A stretch of 64,000 nt of DNA from Felis catus (Eukaryota): positions 3,908,001 through 3,972,000 of the forward strand of contig NC_058369.1 in assembly GCF_018350175.1 (NCBI RefSeq), read 5' to 3'. Numbering within the stretch: position 1 is the first letter of the stretch; every line of letters starts with the position of its first letter. A program made the translations under genes and the position numbers. The notes beneath the pieces were generated by a model, which was not told the origin of the DNA, did not search any database, and saw nothing but the letters and a program-made list of their open reading frames with translations. Positions 36,261-49,098 of the stretch are shown here, piece by piece.

Positions 36261-39130
36261 GATCCGCGAGTTACGAACGATAAACCCTGCAAATGACGCT
36301 GGTGACCAATGGCCCGGCCCCAGACCAGACAGGTATGTTCCGGAAAAGATGAGAGCGTGAGCCCCGGGTCCTGTGGCCAGAAGATAATTCACAGCTCTGC
36401 CCCACGGGACAAGCCGGCTCCCTCTCTGCACGGCATTTCATCTAAGTCAAGTTTATCATCATGACCGATATTAATATAATCAGAGCCAACGTGTATCGAG
36501 CGCGAACGCTGGCCCGGGCGGCCCTCAGCCCTCCCCCGCGAGTTATCTCGCCCGGGCCTCTCAACCCTGCCAGGTGGCGGTGACTCTGACCCCCGCACTG
36601 CCTCCCAGGAAACCGAGGCTGAGGCACAGCAAACGAGGGTCGAGGTCACGACCGGCAAGCGGAGGTGTTTTAAGGAAAGGAATGGTCCAAGGATGCAAAA
36701 TGTCACGTAAAATCGGGATTTCTGGTTTTTCTCAGAAGAGCCAGGAGATCAGGCCGTGGAGACGTTTGGGGCCGGCGGGGGGGGGGGGGCCCTGCCGGGT
36801 GCACGTCACCCAGAGGCATCACCTGCCCAGCCCTGATGGGCACTGGGGTTTGAGAAGGACATGCCTGACCCGCCTTCCTGGCTCAGTTTCCTGCTCCGGA
36901 CTGGAGTGAGTCTGACAGTCAGATGTCCCTGCAGTCAGGTGTGGGTGGCTGTGTGTCCGGGGCCAGCTCCTCTCCCTCTCTGGGCCTCAGCGGGACAGCT
37001 GTTTCACACGGTGTTTCCCCAGCTCCCAGGTCTCTGTTGGGAGTGACATTCACGCCCAAGCTCTCGGGGACGTCCAGCAACCTCTGGCCACGCTTGTTTA
37101 AAGGTCTTTTTCTTGTTTATTTAAGTACTCAGTCTCCCCCAGTAAACTGCAGGGTCCAAGGAACACGGAACCTCGAGACTGCCTCGTTTACTGCTGTATC
37201 CCCAGAATTTAAATTTAATTTGCTTTTCTTTAAAACAAACAAACAAAAAAGGACAAAGAAGGTACACAGGGCTTTCGGTCAGCGGGGCAGATTTTAGTTC
37301 CGACGTCCCTCGCGGAGATCTCAGAGCTGGAATTCGAACCCAGAGTCTGGCTCGGGGGCTCTCCAGCGGCCAGCATTGAACAACTACTCGCCGAATGCAT
37401 GAACCCGTGAGTGAATGAATGAATGAATGAATGCACGCTCTTGCACCCGAGCCTGCAGAGTGACCCCTTTCCAGGGCGGCCCTCAAAGCCAAGACCTCTC
37501 CCTGGGCACTCTCTCAGACCCGCCACGGGCTTTGCAAGCCGATGGGAGGGGAGGGGGCCACCACTTGGGGTCTCAGAGCCTCCCCAGGCAGCCGCCTGCC
37601 CTCCCCGCCTGCCTGGCCGGGCCTCCCGCGCCTCCGGTCCTGCCGCAGAGGTGGGGTGGCCTTGATTAGGCAGCCAGTGACGGGGAACGCCCCAGTTTGC
37701 AGGGACTGAGTCATCCTGACATGTCTCCCGTGCTGGACCCCATCGAGGGGCTGCTGGGAAGCCCCTGCCAGGCAGGTCTGGCCACGTGACAACGCGTTGC
37801 TTTACCCGTATTAACCCACCCAGTTCCCCCAACGACATCGCACGACGGGTACCAATTATCCTCCGCTGTAGAGAGGAGACAACGGCAAATGGGAATCGAG
37901 TAACTGGCCCCCGTCACGCAGCCAGAGCGGGGATGCGGGCCCCAGGGAGCCCCAGTCCCGCGTCTGCGCTCTCACCCTCCCAGGAAGGAGCCCTAACGTC
38001 TCCCAGGTGCCCCAGCAGGTGGACCAGCATCACTTCTCTGACAACTGGGCAGAGCCAGCCGCCTGTCCCCGGGAGTTGAGGTTTCGGGTTCCAGCATCCG
38101 TTGGCCCCGGCAAAGACTCCTTGCTGTGTCGCTCCTCCGTGCGACCTCAGGCCAGCGAAAGACCTTCCTGTGCCTCAGTTTCTCCCTCTGCAAAACGGGG
38201 CTCTGAGCACGAAAACCGCACTAACGGGGGCGGGGGGCGGGGGGGAGGTTAAAGGGGACGAGGACGCTCCTGATAATGCTTGCTCAGCAAAGGGCCTGGC
38301 GCGGGAATCCGCTCCAAATCAGGCGGGGCGGCTATTATCATCCCCCCGACATCCCCTCATTTGCTGATCACGGGGTTAATTATAAGCGGCATTAAATTAT
38401 ACACACACAGACGCGTCGACCTCGCTTCCCCAGAACCCCTGAATTACTACCCAGGCGACAGCACGACAATAGAGCATCTTCCCAGCCCCTCTCCACGCAG
38501 CCTGCCTCCGTCCGAGGGTCCTGGGCCTCTGGGGCCGAGGCCGTGGTGCCACACGGGGTCCTGGTGTTGTAGGACCCACACAGCCAGCAAGGGTCCCCTC
38601 CGAGACCCGAGGGAGGTACTTTACCCGAAGCATCTCATGTCCCCGGCTCGCCGCGAAGCGGGCTATGATCGTCCCGATTTTAGAGGCGGAAGGAACAGAG
38701 CGAGGTCAACCAACCTGCAAGTCTGCACAGATCCAGCAGGACAGGGGCGGGGGCACAAGTCAGGACCCCGGAGCCAGAGGCAGAACCTCCTTTTGCAAGC
38801 GAGGAGGCTCCCGTACGGAGACAGGTGAAGGGGCAGAGGCGAGGCCACACGCAGGGGGGACAGAGGAAGGAGGGAACCCGGCAGGAAAAGGTGGGATTTT
38901 CGGTTCCCCCGGTGGGACAGGAGACTCCCGGCCTTCCTAAGAGAGGCTAAGAGCAGAGATTTAAACAAACACACATAAAACTCAAAAGCCGCAAACACCA
39001 CCCAGGGAGCTGGGGACAAAATGGGCCCCTTGAAAAAAAGACACACTGGGGATTCAACCCCAGTGAAGGCAAGGGAGAAGGAGGCACAATCCAGGAACCC
39101 AAGCTCCGAGACACCCCCCACCCCGCCGCC

Positions 39131-39133
39131 CAC

Positions 39134-39172
<39 letters not shown>
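39131..39172. repeat. (CA)n microsatellite
   Basis: Read directly; one CG interruption. Confidence 0.95.
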
Positions 39173-39175
<3 letters not shown>

Positions 39176-42100
39176 GAGGACACCAGGGTGTGAAAGGCAA
39201 CACAATGCCAGACAAAAACCCGGTGTATTTTCAGGTACGGAACCCCTCTGGCCTGCATTCCGGGGACAGAAAAGGGGATTCGCGGGAGCCCGGAACAGCA
39301 CCCCCACCCCCCAAGCCCACCTCTGGCCCGGCCAGGCCCCCCCCCGCCCCCCGGAAGGGGTGGGGGACCAGCGTCTCGTCGGAGGAGGGTACGGAGAGAC
39401 AAAAATGTGGCAGTGCAAAGGTGAGGCCCTGTCCATGAGTCACGCCCGCCCGCTCGTTAATTTTCGCCTTTGCAGAAGTGTAAGCCAATTGATTTTTCAT
39501 ATTCCCCACGCACAACCCCCCCCCACGCTTCTGAAATATCAGCCAGAGACGAGACAGAAATAAATGGTACGTCGGGGTTCTTTTTTTTTTTTTTTCCTTT
39601 TTTTTCTTGAGTGTCTTTTCTTTCCTTAAAAAAAAAAAAAAAACCCCATATACTACACTTGACGGCTCGGGCTTCCAGGAGGCTGGGTGCGGGTGGGGGG
39701 GTGGGGGTGGGGGTAACAACCTGGACCCCAGGGCTGAGACCCAGGCGTCTGGGCTTCCTGTGTAGCTCAGAGCTAGGGCGTCCCTGTCTCTAGGCCGTCC
39801 CTCCTGCCCGTGACGGGGTAGTGTGCACTTGACCCTTAACCCTCTGCCAGCACCCCGTGCTCCCCACCCTGCGAGCCGAGCAGGCAGCTTTCTGGTGCCC
39901 GACCAAAGCCAGGGGAGGACAAGACAAAATTTTCCCAACGTGTGAAAAGCCCCGTAACCCTCATCCTCCCCCGGGGCCGGCAAAGGTGCGACACCTGTCC
40001 ATGGCCCCGATCAGCACGGGGAATCCTATGCGGGCAGGACCGCGATGCCCTCATCTCGTCCCCTGCTTGTCCCCACCAGAGGCTGGGCCCACCCTGCCCG
40101 GCTGGCAGCTGGGGTGTCTCCCATTACCCGACCCGGGGAATCGTTTGCTGAGAGGAAGGACAGAGCAAGGGCGGTCTGAGCCACCTTCGCTGGAGAGGGG
40201 TGGCCTCCTCCTTGCAAATCCTGGGAGAGGGGGTGCCCGCCCGTGGGAGGGGCTGCACAGGAGAGCTGGGGACCCTGGCATCTCAGCACAAGAGTCTCCC
40301 TCCAGAAGCACGAGACCTCTGGAGAGGGACCACGGACCGCCACTCGCCCACGGAGTCCACTCCACTTCAAGAACCTTCCGCGGGCTCCGAATGACTTCGC
40401 AAATGGAACTAATGCAGTGGAGGGTGGCGGGGGGGGGTGGGGGATCGCTCTCAGTTGAAAACATTAAGGTTTGTCAATTATCCCCCAAACCCGCCGGGTT
40501 TATAAATATCCACCTTTATTTTTAGGGTTTTCCTCCCAATCCCGAACCCTCTAAATGTCCCCCTGTCTCCCCCCCCCCCCCCCCCCCCCCGTCAAGCACG
40601 CGGTGACTGTACTAAAGTCACGGGAAGCAGGTGAATGCAGGGCTTCTGTGAAAAAGCCACACTGTGCCTTGGAGCTGCGTCGTCCCCACGCATCCCTTGC
40701 CCCTCGTCCCTCCCGGGCCACCTAACTGACCATCGGTGGGGCCACACGGCTGCTGGAGTAGTCAGCAAAGCCACAGGTCTCCGGGCACCGGCCTCCAGGA
40801 AGCAGCAGCTGGAGGTGAGGGCTGTGCTCCCAACACCTGTGACACGCTCCCCAGTGCTGACCCAGAAGGCAGGCGGGGAAACCGAGTCATGCCCCGAGTC
40901 ACGCCTGGGAACCCCAGGCACAGCCCCCAAGCTCCTCACGGGGTGACCCAGAGAGAAAATAGATGGGCAGCGATGGCTCCAGAAATGCCCACCCAGATGC
41001 TACCGCTATATCCCCGAGGTCCAGGGAGCTCCTCCCTTGCACCTGCTCCCCAACACCCCGGTCCAGCGCTACGGTCCCAGTGTTGGGAGAGAAATGCCTT
41101 AAGTCTCCACCTGTGACCCACAGACATTTCGTGAAGACGCCTGGAATCCCCTGGGAAGCAGAGAAACAAGAAAGGCGCTCAGAATCTCCGCTGGAGGGGA
41201 CAGGGACAGAAGCACGGTCAACGCGCAATGACTTGTGCGGGCAGCAGGCAGGTGCCTGGCTCTCAGGGACCCTCTCCCTGCACCGCCTCCCCCCCCCCCC
41301 CGAAGGGACCCAGGAAGAGGAGGGATCCCCCAGGGGCCCAGCCACCACCCCGGCAGCGTCCTCCAAGGCCATACCCGGCCATGCCAGAATGTCCGTCCCG
41401 TCTCCTGTCTCCTGCAGGGGGTGGCGGGTGGGCCAGGCCACTGGCGTGACAGCACCAGCCCCGCTCACCCCCTGGGGGGCCGATGTCATCGGCTGGGGTG
41501 GCAGGAATAGAAAGCACATGAGCTCACCAGGCAGGCCGGGTCTCCCGCGACGATTTGTTTGCCTGAGCCCAATTATACCAACTCTCAAGGCAATCGAGGA
41601 TGGCGGGTGGCATCCCCCAGGGGGCTGGGGGGGGCCCAGGCCCCAGGCAGAAGTGCACCGTCATGGTGAAGGTGCCCCCCCAGGCCCAGGGGATTGGGCA
41701 GGAGGATGCTTTCTGGAGAAGAACGGAGACACACACAGACAGCAAGGCAGCCAGAGGTGCTGGGCGGAGGGCACTGCAGGGGGCAGGGGGCAGGGGGCTC
41801 CGGCCCGGAGACCCAGGACCAAGTTGGTGGGCTCTGGGGTGCGGGGGCGGTGAGCAGCCGCCCCCAGCCCCAGCTGCCTGCCTTCAGCAGCCAAAGTATC
41901 AGCTGGCAGAGGAAGACGAGAGCTGACGGACAGAAGGCGGGCGAGATTGGCAGGAGGAGGGGGGCACAAAGGAAGGGACCCTGGGAGGGGGAGGGGAGTT
42001 ATGCAAATGGCAGAATCGACCGAATCCCTCGGCCATTAATAAAAGCTCCAGCAACAGCGGCTGGTATCACACAAGAGTAGAGGCGCCGACGGGCTCTCTC

Positions 42101-43970
42101 TTCTCACGGGCGGAAGGCGGCACGGAGGGAGAAGCAGGGTGCCCCAAACAAAAGGGGCCCTTGCCCCCGGCACCCCAGGAACAGCAGTGATGGGGGACAC
42201 GGAGGGAAAGCCAGAACACAGGCGGCCAGAGTCTGGGCCGAGGCCGCTGGGGCCCAGAGCAGGCTGGTACCTGTCCTTGGGACTCTCAGGGACCCTCCAG
42301 CTTTGTCCCCTGCTTAGACTGTTAACACACAACCTGGACACCTCAGACACCCCCCTTCACTAGCTAGGGTGGCCAGGCTAATTTTTCAGGGGGGGTGGGG
42401 GATTGGCCAGTGATAGAAGGACCCCATGCTCCGAATGGGGACTCCCTCGGATTGAGGTGGGGGAAATGGGGAATCCCAGTTGAGTCTAGGGAGGGGAGGG
42501 GAGGTGTCCCCCAGTTGGAGGCGCTGGGGAGGTTTGTTAATTTGCGAAATGAGGTCCCTAGGGGGTGACGAAATTTGATGAAGGGGCATTCTCAAAAGCG
42601 GCACAGGTACGGTACCACAGGAGAATTTGAAATAAGGGGAAGGGTCACTAAGAAGGAGGTTCCAGATTTGGGGGGGAGGGGGGATAGGAACTGTGGCTGA
42701 AAAAAAAAAATCCCAGTTTGCGGAAGGGTTCGCTGATTTGAGAATTCTGGAAAAAAAAAAACAGCTGAAGGGGTTCTCCGATTTAGGGGGTTTTCATGGA
42801 GGAAAGTGTCCACGATTTAGGGAGTGCTAAGGGGGATCCTAAATTTCGGAGAGATTTCCATAAGGAGCAATGAACTTGGCCGCAACCTGGCCGAAACCCC
42901 TGCGCCCAGGGCTCCGGCACCCTAACTCTGGGGGGGCTCTCCTGAGGGCACGCCCCCCCAGCCCCCCCTAACCCGGTTCCGACGGCTCCGCCCCCCCGGA
43001 TGACGTCACCTCCCCTCCCCCCCCCCCCCCGCCGCCCCTAAGGGGGCTCCCGGGGCGCGCAAAACCCCCCGGGCTGCTGGCTCCAGGGGCGGCTTCCCCT
43101 CTCCCGGGATCCCCAAGGGGCCCCTAGCGCCGCGGAGAAGTCGGGGACCGGTGCGCGCGCCCGTCCGTCTGTCCGCCAGAGTCCCTGGGGCTGGGGGCTG
43201 AGCCTCGCCCCGCCTGGGGGGGGCTGGGAGGGGGCGCCGGGGCCGCAGAAGGGTGGGGCAAGGCCAGGGTGTCGGAGGGGCGGCCCCCCCCTCCCCAGGG
43301 ATGGACGAGGCCCGGAGGGCGCTAGGGTGAGACGGTGTTGAGTCGGAGGTCTCCAGGGGAGGGGGACTGGAGAGCGAGGGCGGCGGGCAGAGCAGCCGCC
43401 CTAGGCGCACCGGCCGGTCCGCCCTCGCTCCCAGCTGGAGCCACCCGTCCCGGGCTGGTCTCCACTCGGGGCGCCCGCGAGCCCCCACCCCCACCCCCGG
43501 CACAGCGCCCCCTGCCTCCAGGACCCGCCCGGGGAGCCTGGCCGGGAGCCGCCGGGGCCAGCTCCCCCTCCGCACACACGCGCGTCCCCCCCTCCGCGCC
43601 TCTGCCCCGCCCGCAGCCCGGGGTGGTGCAGCCGGCGGCGCTGGGCAGCTTCCAACGCCGCGCTCCGGGCGATTCCAGCCCAGCCCCCTCCCCCGCCGCG
43701 GCGAAGCCCCCCAGCCCCGCCCGCAGAGCCCTCCCCGCGGCCCCTACCCGCCCCGGCCCAGCCCCTCGGGGGCATTGTTCGGACGCCGCTAGCCAGGCGC
43801 AGCGGCTGGGCGTGCAGCCGGCTGCAGCGGAGCATCCTCCGAGCACAATGGCCGTGCAGGCTTTCCCGGCACAAAGCCGGCGCGCTGCCCACTCCGCCGC
43901 CTCCGAGACCCCCCACTGGAGCGGCTGCAGGTTTTTTTGCACTCGAATTCACGTTTCTTTCCCCCTTTAC

Positions 43971-44165
43971 CTGGAGGCTGGCTGGGCTGGGCTCCCCCGG
44001 CTCTGCCCCGCTTCACATCCTGGCTGTTGCATGGGATTCGAGCGGAGCCCGAGCGCCAGCGGCTCCCGGCGTGCGCGCGCCGGCCGGGCTGCCGGGCGGG
44101 CGGCGCGAGGACACTCACTGCGGCTCGCGCTCCCCTCGCGCCGGATCGCGCGCCCCCCCAGCCGG
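43971..44165 (-). other. PTPRS: PTPRS non-coding exon 1 (TSS approximate)
   Basis: Donor CCAG|gtaaag at 43970 inside the main CpG island, directly downstream (minus strand) of a CRE/GC-box/CCAAT/E-box cluster. The 5' end is estimated. Confidence 0.75.
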
Positions 44166-44187
44166 TGACGTCATCCCTTCCGCCAGC

Positions 44188-44220
44188 GCCGCCGCCGCCG
44201 CCGCCGCCGCCGCTGCCGCC
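44188..44220. repeat. (GCC)8 GCT (GCC)2 trinucleotide repeat at the promoter/TSS
   Basis: Read directly. Confidence 0.95.
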
Positions 44221-47115
44221 GGCCGGGGGCGGGGCCGGGGCGGGGCCGGCCCGCGCGCGTCACTGCGCAGCCGCGCGGCGGCCACGCCCCCCCGGCCAAT
44301 GACACGGCGTGGGTTGGTCACGTGCCCCCGGGGCGTTTAAAGGTCCGCGAGAGCACGTGGGGCGCGGGGCGCTGGGTTACGCGGGACGCGTGGGCGGTGG
44401 CGTCAGCGCGAGGGACTCCTCCGGCCCCGGTTTCGCGTCCGAGACCCCGGACGCTTGGCATCTAGGGCGTGGCGCCTGCCAGGCCCTGCTTTAAATGCCG
44501 CTGCGGCTCCCCCGGCACCCTTCGAACACATCCACGTTCGCACCCACTACCTGCCCGGGAATGTCCGTGCTCCAGCCCCCGGCCAGCTCTCTACGGTTCC
44601 TCCCCTCTGCGCCCTCCTGAACCGGGGGTCCTTGCCCCTGCTGTTCCTTCACCTGGAAGAGCGTTCCCCCGAGATCTTTTCCTTCTCCTTAGGATTTCTG
44701 CTCAAATGCCAGCTCCCGGGGAAAGCCCTCCCAGATCGCCGCCACCAGCCGCCCCACGCTCCGTTCCCTAATCCATCATTGTGGTTTAATTCTGGTCACA
44801 CTAGGACGTGACTCCAAGGGGCCGAGGGAGCCCTGTGTATTGGCTGAATGGATGCGGGGGCATTTCCTACAGGGTGAGCGCGTTACAAACATCCCACCTA
44901 ATTGCCATTCCCTGCTGCCCTGGAGTCAGAACCAAGCGCCATAGGAACCCCAGCTCAGACCGTGACTTGCGTGTAAGTCCCTGAGCCTCCGTTTTCCCAC
45001 TTGCGAAATGGGTTTGCCCCTTTGGGTCTCAGTGTCCTGTCTGTGAACTGGGACAAAGTAGCCCCTGCTCATAAGACAGTGGAAGGATGAACAGTGGATA
45101 ATGTGCTGCCTAGCCTGTAGTTGGTGCTAGAAAATAGGATGAGAAAAAAAAAAAAAAAAGACACACCAAACAAGAGACAAGTTTGGAACACCCTGAAAGC
45201 GTTTTATTTCAACAAGGTATGTCTTTGGACAGGGCGTTGTGCCCACAAAAGGACGCAAGTTTAGAATTTGGGGTTTTTTTTCTCCTCCAAAATCGTTGAT
45301 TCATTCATTCCAGGCCAAAGATGCAGATATAAACAAAAGGCATTAACCCCGGGAACAAAATGAGAAGGCGGAAGTCATAAATAGGAGAAGAGAGAGGAGA
45401 GAATGAATAATTAAACAAGGAACCTAAATTAAGCTCGGAGTTTCCCGGCGGCCAGTGCAGCGGCCAGGTTTGCAGCGCCTATTTGGTTCTCCTTCCTAGC
45501 TGCATGACCCTGACCTAACCATTGACAATCTGGCCTTGGTTTCCTCATCCAAGCAATGGAGACCCAACCCCATCTTGATGGATCAAGCAGGATGGTCTGT
45601 GCACAGACGCTTAGCATGGTTCCTTATACACAGCAGGTGCTCAAGCCTTGCATGCCCCATGAAGGCAACGTGAGAGGACACTGCTGGCTCTGGACGGCTG
45701 GATATGGCACGAGTCCCAGCCTTATCACCTATGAGGGGAGGGGACCTCGAACAAGTCCCTCAGAACCTCGCTGTTCCCATCTGCAAAATGGGGCAACACC
45801 TCTACCTCTGAGAGTTCCTTTGTGAACAGCAAAGGGGTAAAATGCGATGCAGCATATGCCCCAGAAACCCACCCATTCAGGCCATCGATCTGTGTGCCAC
45901 GCCACTTTAAGCATTGAGGACACAGGAGCAAACAAAACAATCTAAAAAATTCCGACCTTCCAGGAGTTAACAGCGCAGGGAAGGAGATAGATAATGTCTC
46001 ACTCAGGGTCAAATCCCCAGTCCTACACGTGCTCCCGAATGACCGAATGACCGGGCCCCTGTCCCCTCCCTGCCCTCACCTCCTTGCTCACTCCACTCCG
46101 CCCACGGCTTTTCTTCGTTGTTCCTTGCAAACATCAAAGGCCTTTGCACTGGCTGTTCCCTCTGCCTCGGATGCCTTTCCTCCTGCTCTTCTCAGGGTCA
46201 GATCCCCCTCATCCTTCAAATCTCCGAGAGACCCTCCCTGACCGTCCTGCGGAAGTTCATTTCCACCGCAGTGCCGGCCTATTTATTACAGTTTGGAATG
46301 ATTTTATCTTTTGGTCAGTTTGCTTGTTTTTGTCTGTCTCCGCATGTTGGCTGTGCCTCCATTTGCCCATCTGTAAATGGGGCATAGTAATCGTCTCCAT
46401 CTCCTGGGGTTTTGGGGAGGCTTCAGTGAGTTACACCATGTCAAACACCCCCACGCCTAACCCAGAAGAGGTTCTTGACAAACGTGTCCCTTGTAAATGG
46501 GGAAAACAGGACAGCTAGCCGGGTGACCGTAAAAATTTAATACAAGGAGAACAGAACAGTCTAGTCTGAAATCGTCGCAGCCCCAGGAGTTTGACGAGTG
46601 TCAGAAAGGTTGTTAAGGATTCACCAAACCAAGCCTTCCCGTAAGCGTGAGAGAACCCAGAGGGAATGTTCTCCTCGGGGGTGTGGCTTAAGCCTCAAAG
46701 CCTCAAAGTGGAAAACACGGGTTGGGAGGTGGGGCCTGGTGGGTTCTGGGTCCCTTTTGGGTCGGCTTGCCTGGCCAGCTGTGGGTGTGGCTCATTGTTT
46801 GTTGGGGGAAAAGTTCGGGAAGTGCACATTTGCCTCTTCTGCTGGAGGGTGGGGAAGGCCTCCTCCTCCCTTGCCAGCCCAGCCTCCGCCCCAGCGTCTT
46901 CCAGAACCTGGTAATTAGCTCCGCTGTGCTTTGATGGAGGCCATGGCAAGGGAACCACGGGACCGTCAGCCGTCCATTGCTGTATATAAACAGGACCCCT
47001 CACGCCAACTTCAGGATTGTCTGCGCAGAACCCGGCCTTAAACCCCTGCAGGATTTGCCCCAATGGTAGCGATTTCACCATCATGAGACATTCCTTCCGA
47101 TTAAACATTGTGCGC

Positions 47116-47331
47116 GGGGGCACCTGGGTGGCTCAGTCGGTTAAGGGTCCTACTTTGACTCAGGTCACGATCTCACAGTCCGTGAGTTCGAGCCCCGCGT
47201 CGGGCTCTGGGCTGATGGCTCAGAGCCTGGAGCCTGTTTCCGATTCTGTGTCTCCCTCTCTCTCTGCCCCTCCCCCGTTCATGCTCTGTCTCGCTCTGTC
47301 TCAAAAATAATAAATAAACGTTAAAAAAAAA
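47116..47331 (+). mobile_element. Young Can-SINE (SINEC_Fc-like)
   Basis: Full length. TSD attaaacat(t/g)gtgcgcg at 47100-47116 and 47331-47347. Confidence 0.95.
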
Positions 47332-47539
47332 TTAAACATGGTGCGCGCTCTCCCTTTGCAAATTCACCTCAAATGCCAAAGAGAAAAGGGGCCTATGGGG
47401 ACACCCCATTTGCTGCTCCCCTGCTCCTTACTGGGTTCCACGTGGGGCTCCTTTGGGAGGGGGGGGGTCTGCTTGTTTAGAACATCAGGTAAGCATGAGG
47501 GCTCTAGAAACAGAGGAACATGGGTTCGGATCCTGGCTG

Positions 47540-48876
47540 TGGCATTTGACAAAACTCACCATCTCTTCCTGAGGAAACGCTCAAGGCGCGGGAGGGCACT
47601 TCGTCAACCGGACAAAGTGCATCTCTCGTTAACATACTTAATGGTGCAAGACTGGACCTCTTCCCCTAAAGATCAAGAAGAAGACAAGGATGTCTGTGCT
47701 CCCCATTCCTACTGAGCCTTGTCCTGGAAGTTGTAACTTGGCACTTAGGCAAGAAAATGAAATCAGAGACACCCAGCCTGGAAAGGAAGACGTAAACCTA
47801 CCTCTGTTCGCTCGTGACATCATTTTGTATAGAGAAAATCTTAAGGAGCCCACTGAGAGAGTATTAGAGCCAGTAAACCAGGTCCTCGGGGCTGCGGGAT
47901 CTAGGATCAGTACGTACAAAAGGCATCGTGCTTCCTGCGCAGCGGCCACGAGCTAACAAGACAAGGTGAAGAAACCAATCCCATTTACAACTGATCAGAA
48001 AGAATAAGGCATGCATTTACCAAAAGAGATGAGAAACTTACGCTACAAAAGCAACAAAGTTTCGCCGGCGGGGGTGTGGGGGGGGGGTGGATTAAAGAAA
48101 AGATAAATAGGTGGAAAAGTGGCTCGTTTGTGGCTGGGCTGGAAGACTTAATGTTGTTGAAATGGCAACGTTCCCCAAATTGAACTACAGATTTGATCTC
48201 ATCCCTTTCAGAATCCCAATTGGATTCTTTGTAGGATTGGACAATCTGATCCTAAAATTCACATGGGAATTCAAGGGACCCAGAATAACCGAACGATCTT
48301 GAGAAAGGACGCAGGTGGGGGGCCCACACTTGTCAATTTCCCAGTGGTATTACAAAGCTAGTCACTAAGACCCTGTGGTCCTGGCATAGGAACAGACATG
48401 TAGATCCACGGAATAGAATTGGGAGTTCGGTGGGGCGCCTGGGGGGCTCAGTCAATTAAGCGTCTAACTTTGGCTCAGGTCATGGTCTCACTGTTCTGGG
48501 TTCGAGCCCCGCGTCGGGCTCTGTGCTGACAGCTCAGAGCCTGGAGCCTGCTTCGGATTCTGTGTCTCCCTCTCTCTGCCCCTCCCCTGCTGGTGCTCTG
48601 TCTGTCTGTCTCAAAAATAAACATTAAAAAAATTTTTTTTAAAAGAATTGGGAGCTCAGAATAAACATCTAGGGTCAACTGATTTTCAACAAGGGTGTCA
48701 ATTCAGTGAGGGGAAGAATGGTCTTTTCAACAAGTGGTCCCGGGAAGGCTGCATATCCATATGCAAAATTGTGAATTTGGACCCCTACCTCACACCGTAT
48801 ATAAAAATTCACTCAGAATGGATCGTAGACCTAAACATGAGACCTAAAACTCTTGGGTGAAAACATAGGCACAGAT
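47540..48876 (+). mobile_element. Decayed LINE-1 ORF2 fragment, interrupted by a SINE
   Basis: Translations LPLFARDIILYRENLKE, GRLNVVEMATFPKLNYRFDLIPFRIPIGFFVGLDNLILKFTW and NGLFNKWSRE...LDPYLTPYIKIHSEWIVDLNMRPKT match the L1 ORF2 RT/C-terminal region, with frameshifts and stops. Confidence 0.9.
48432..48643 (+). mobile_element. Can-SINE inserted in L1
   Basis: Full head and body. TSD agaattgggag(t/c)tc. Confidence 0.93.
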
Positions 48877-48877
48877 C

Positions 48878-49098
48878 TTTTTTTTTTTAATATTTTTTTT
48901 TTTTTTTTTTGAGGGAGGGAGAGAGAGAGTGTGCGAACAGGGGAGGGGAAGAGAGAGGGTGACACAGAGAATCCCAAGCAGGCTCTGTACTGTCAGCACA
49001 GAGCCCGACTCAGGGCTCAAACTCATGAACCATGAGCCCAAGACCTGAGCCAAAATCAAGAGTCAGATGCTTAACTGACTGAGCCACCCAGGCGCCCC
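48878..49098 (-). mobile_element. Can-SINE
   Basis: Long T tail and ttaactgactgagccacccaggcgcccc head on the reverse strand. Imperfect TSD taggca..agatcttt. Confidence 0.9.

Larger units (their letters stand above)
42880..44600. promoter_or_regulatory. Main CpG island / PTPRS promoter
   Basis: Very dense CpG. CRE TGACGTCA 44166-44173, GC boxes, KLF/SP GCCACGCCCC 44281-44290, CCAAT 44296-44300, E-boxes GTCACGTG 44317-44324 and CACGTG 44354-44359, second CRE 43001-43008. Confidence 0.9.

Noticed and set aside
36440..36640. AT-rich block as a conserved enhancer
   Set aside because: Better explained as a decayed MIR (taataat...gagc end and aggaaaccgaggct core).
43006..44340. Overlapping Pro/Ala/Gly/Arg-rich ORFs in the CpG island (also 15.5-16.5 kb and 26.6-27.7 kb)
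   Set aside because: Stop-poor GC-rich DNA is open in many frames on both strands, with no protein features.
47690..48860. Reverse-transcriptase-like peptides as a novel retroelement system
   Set aside because: Ordinary fragmented L1 ORF2 with stops, frameshifts and a SINE insertion.
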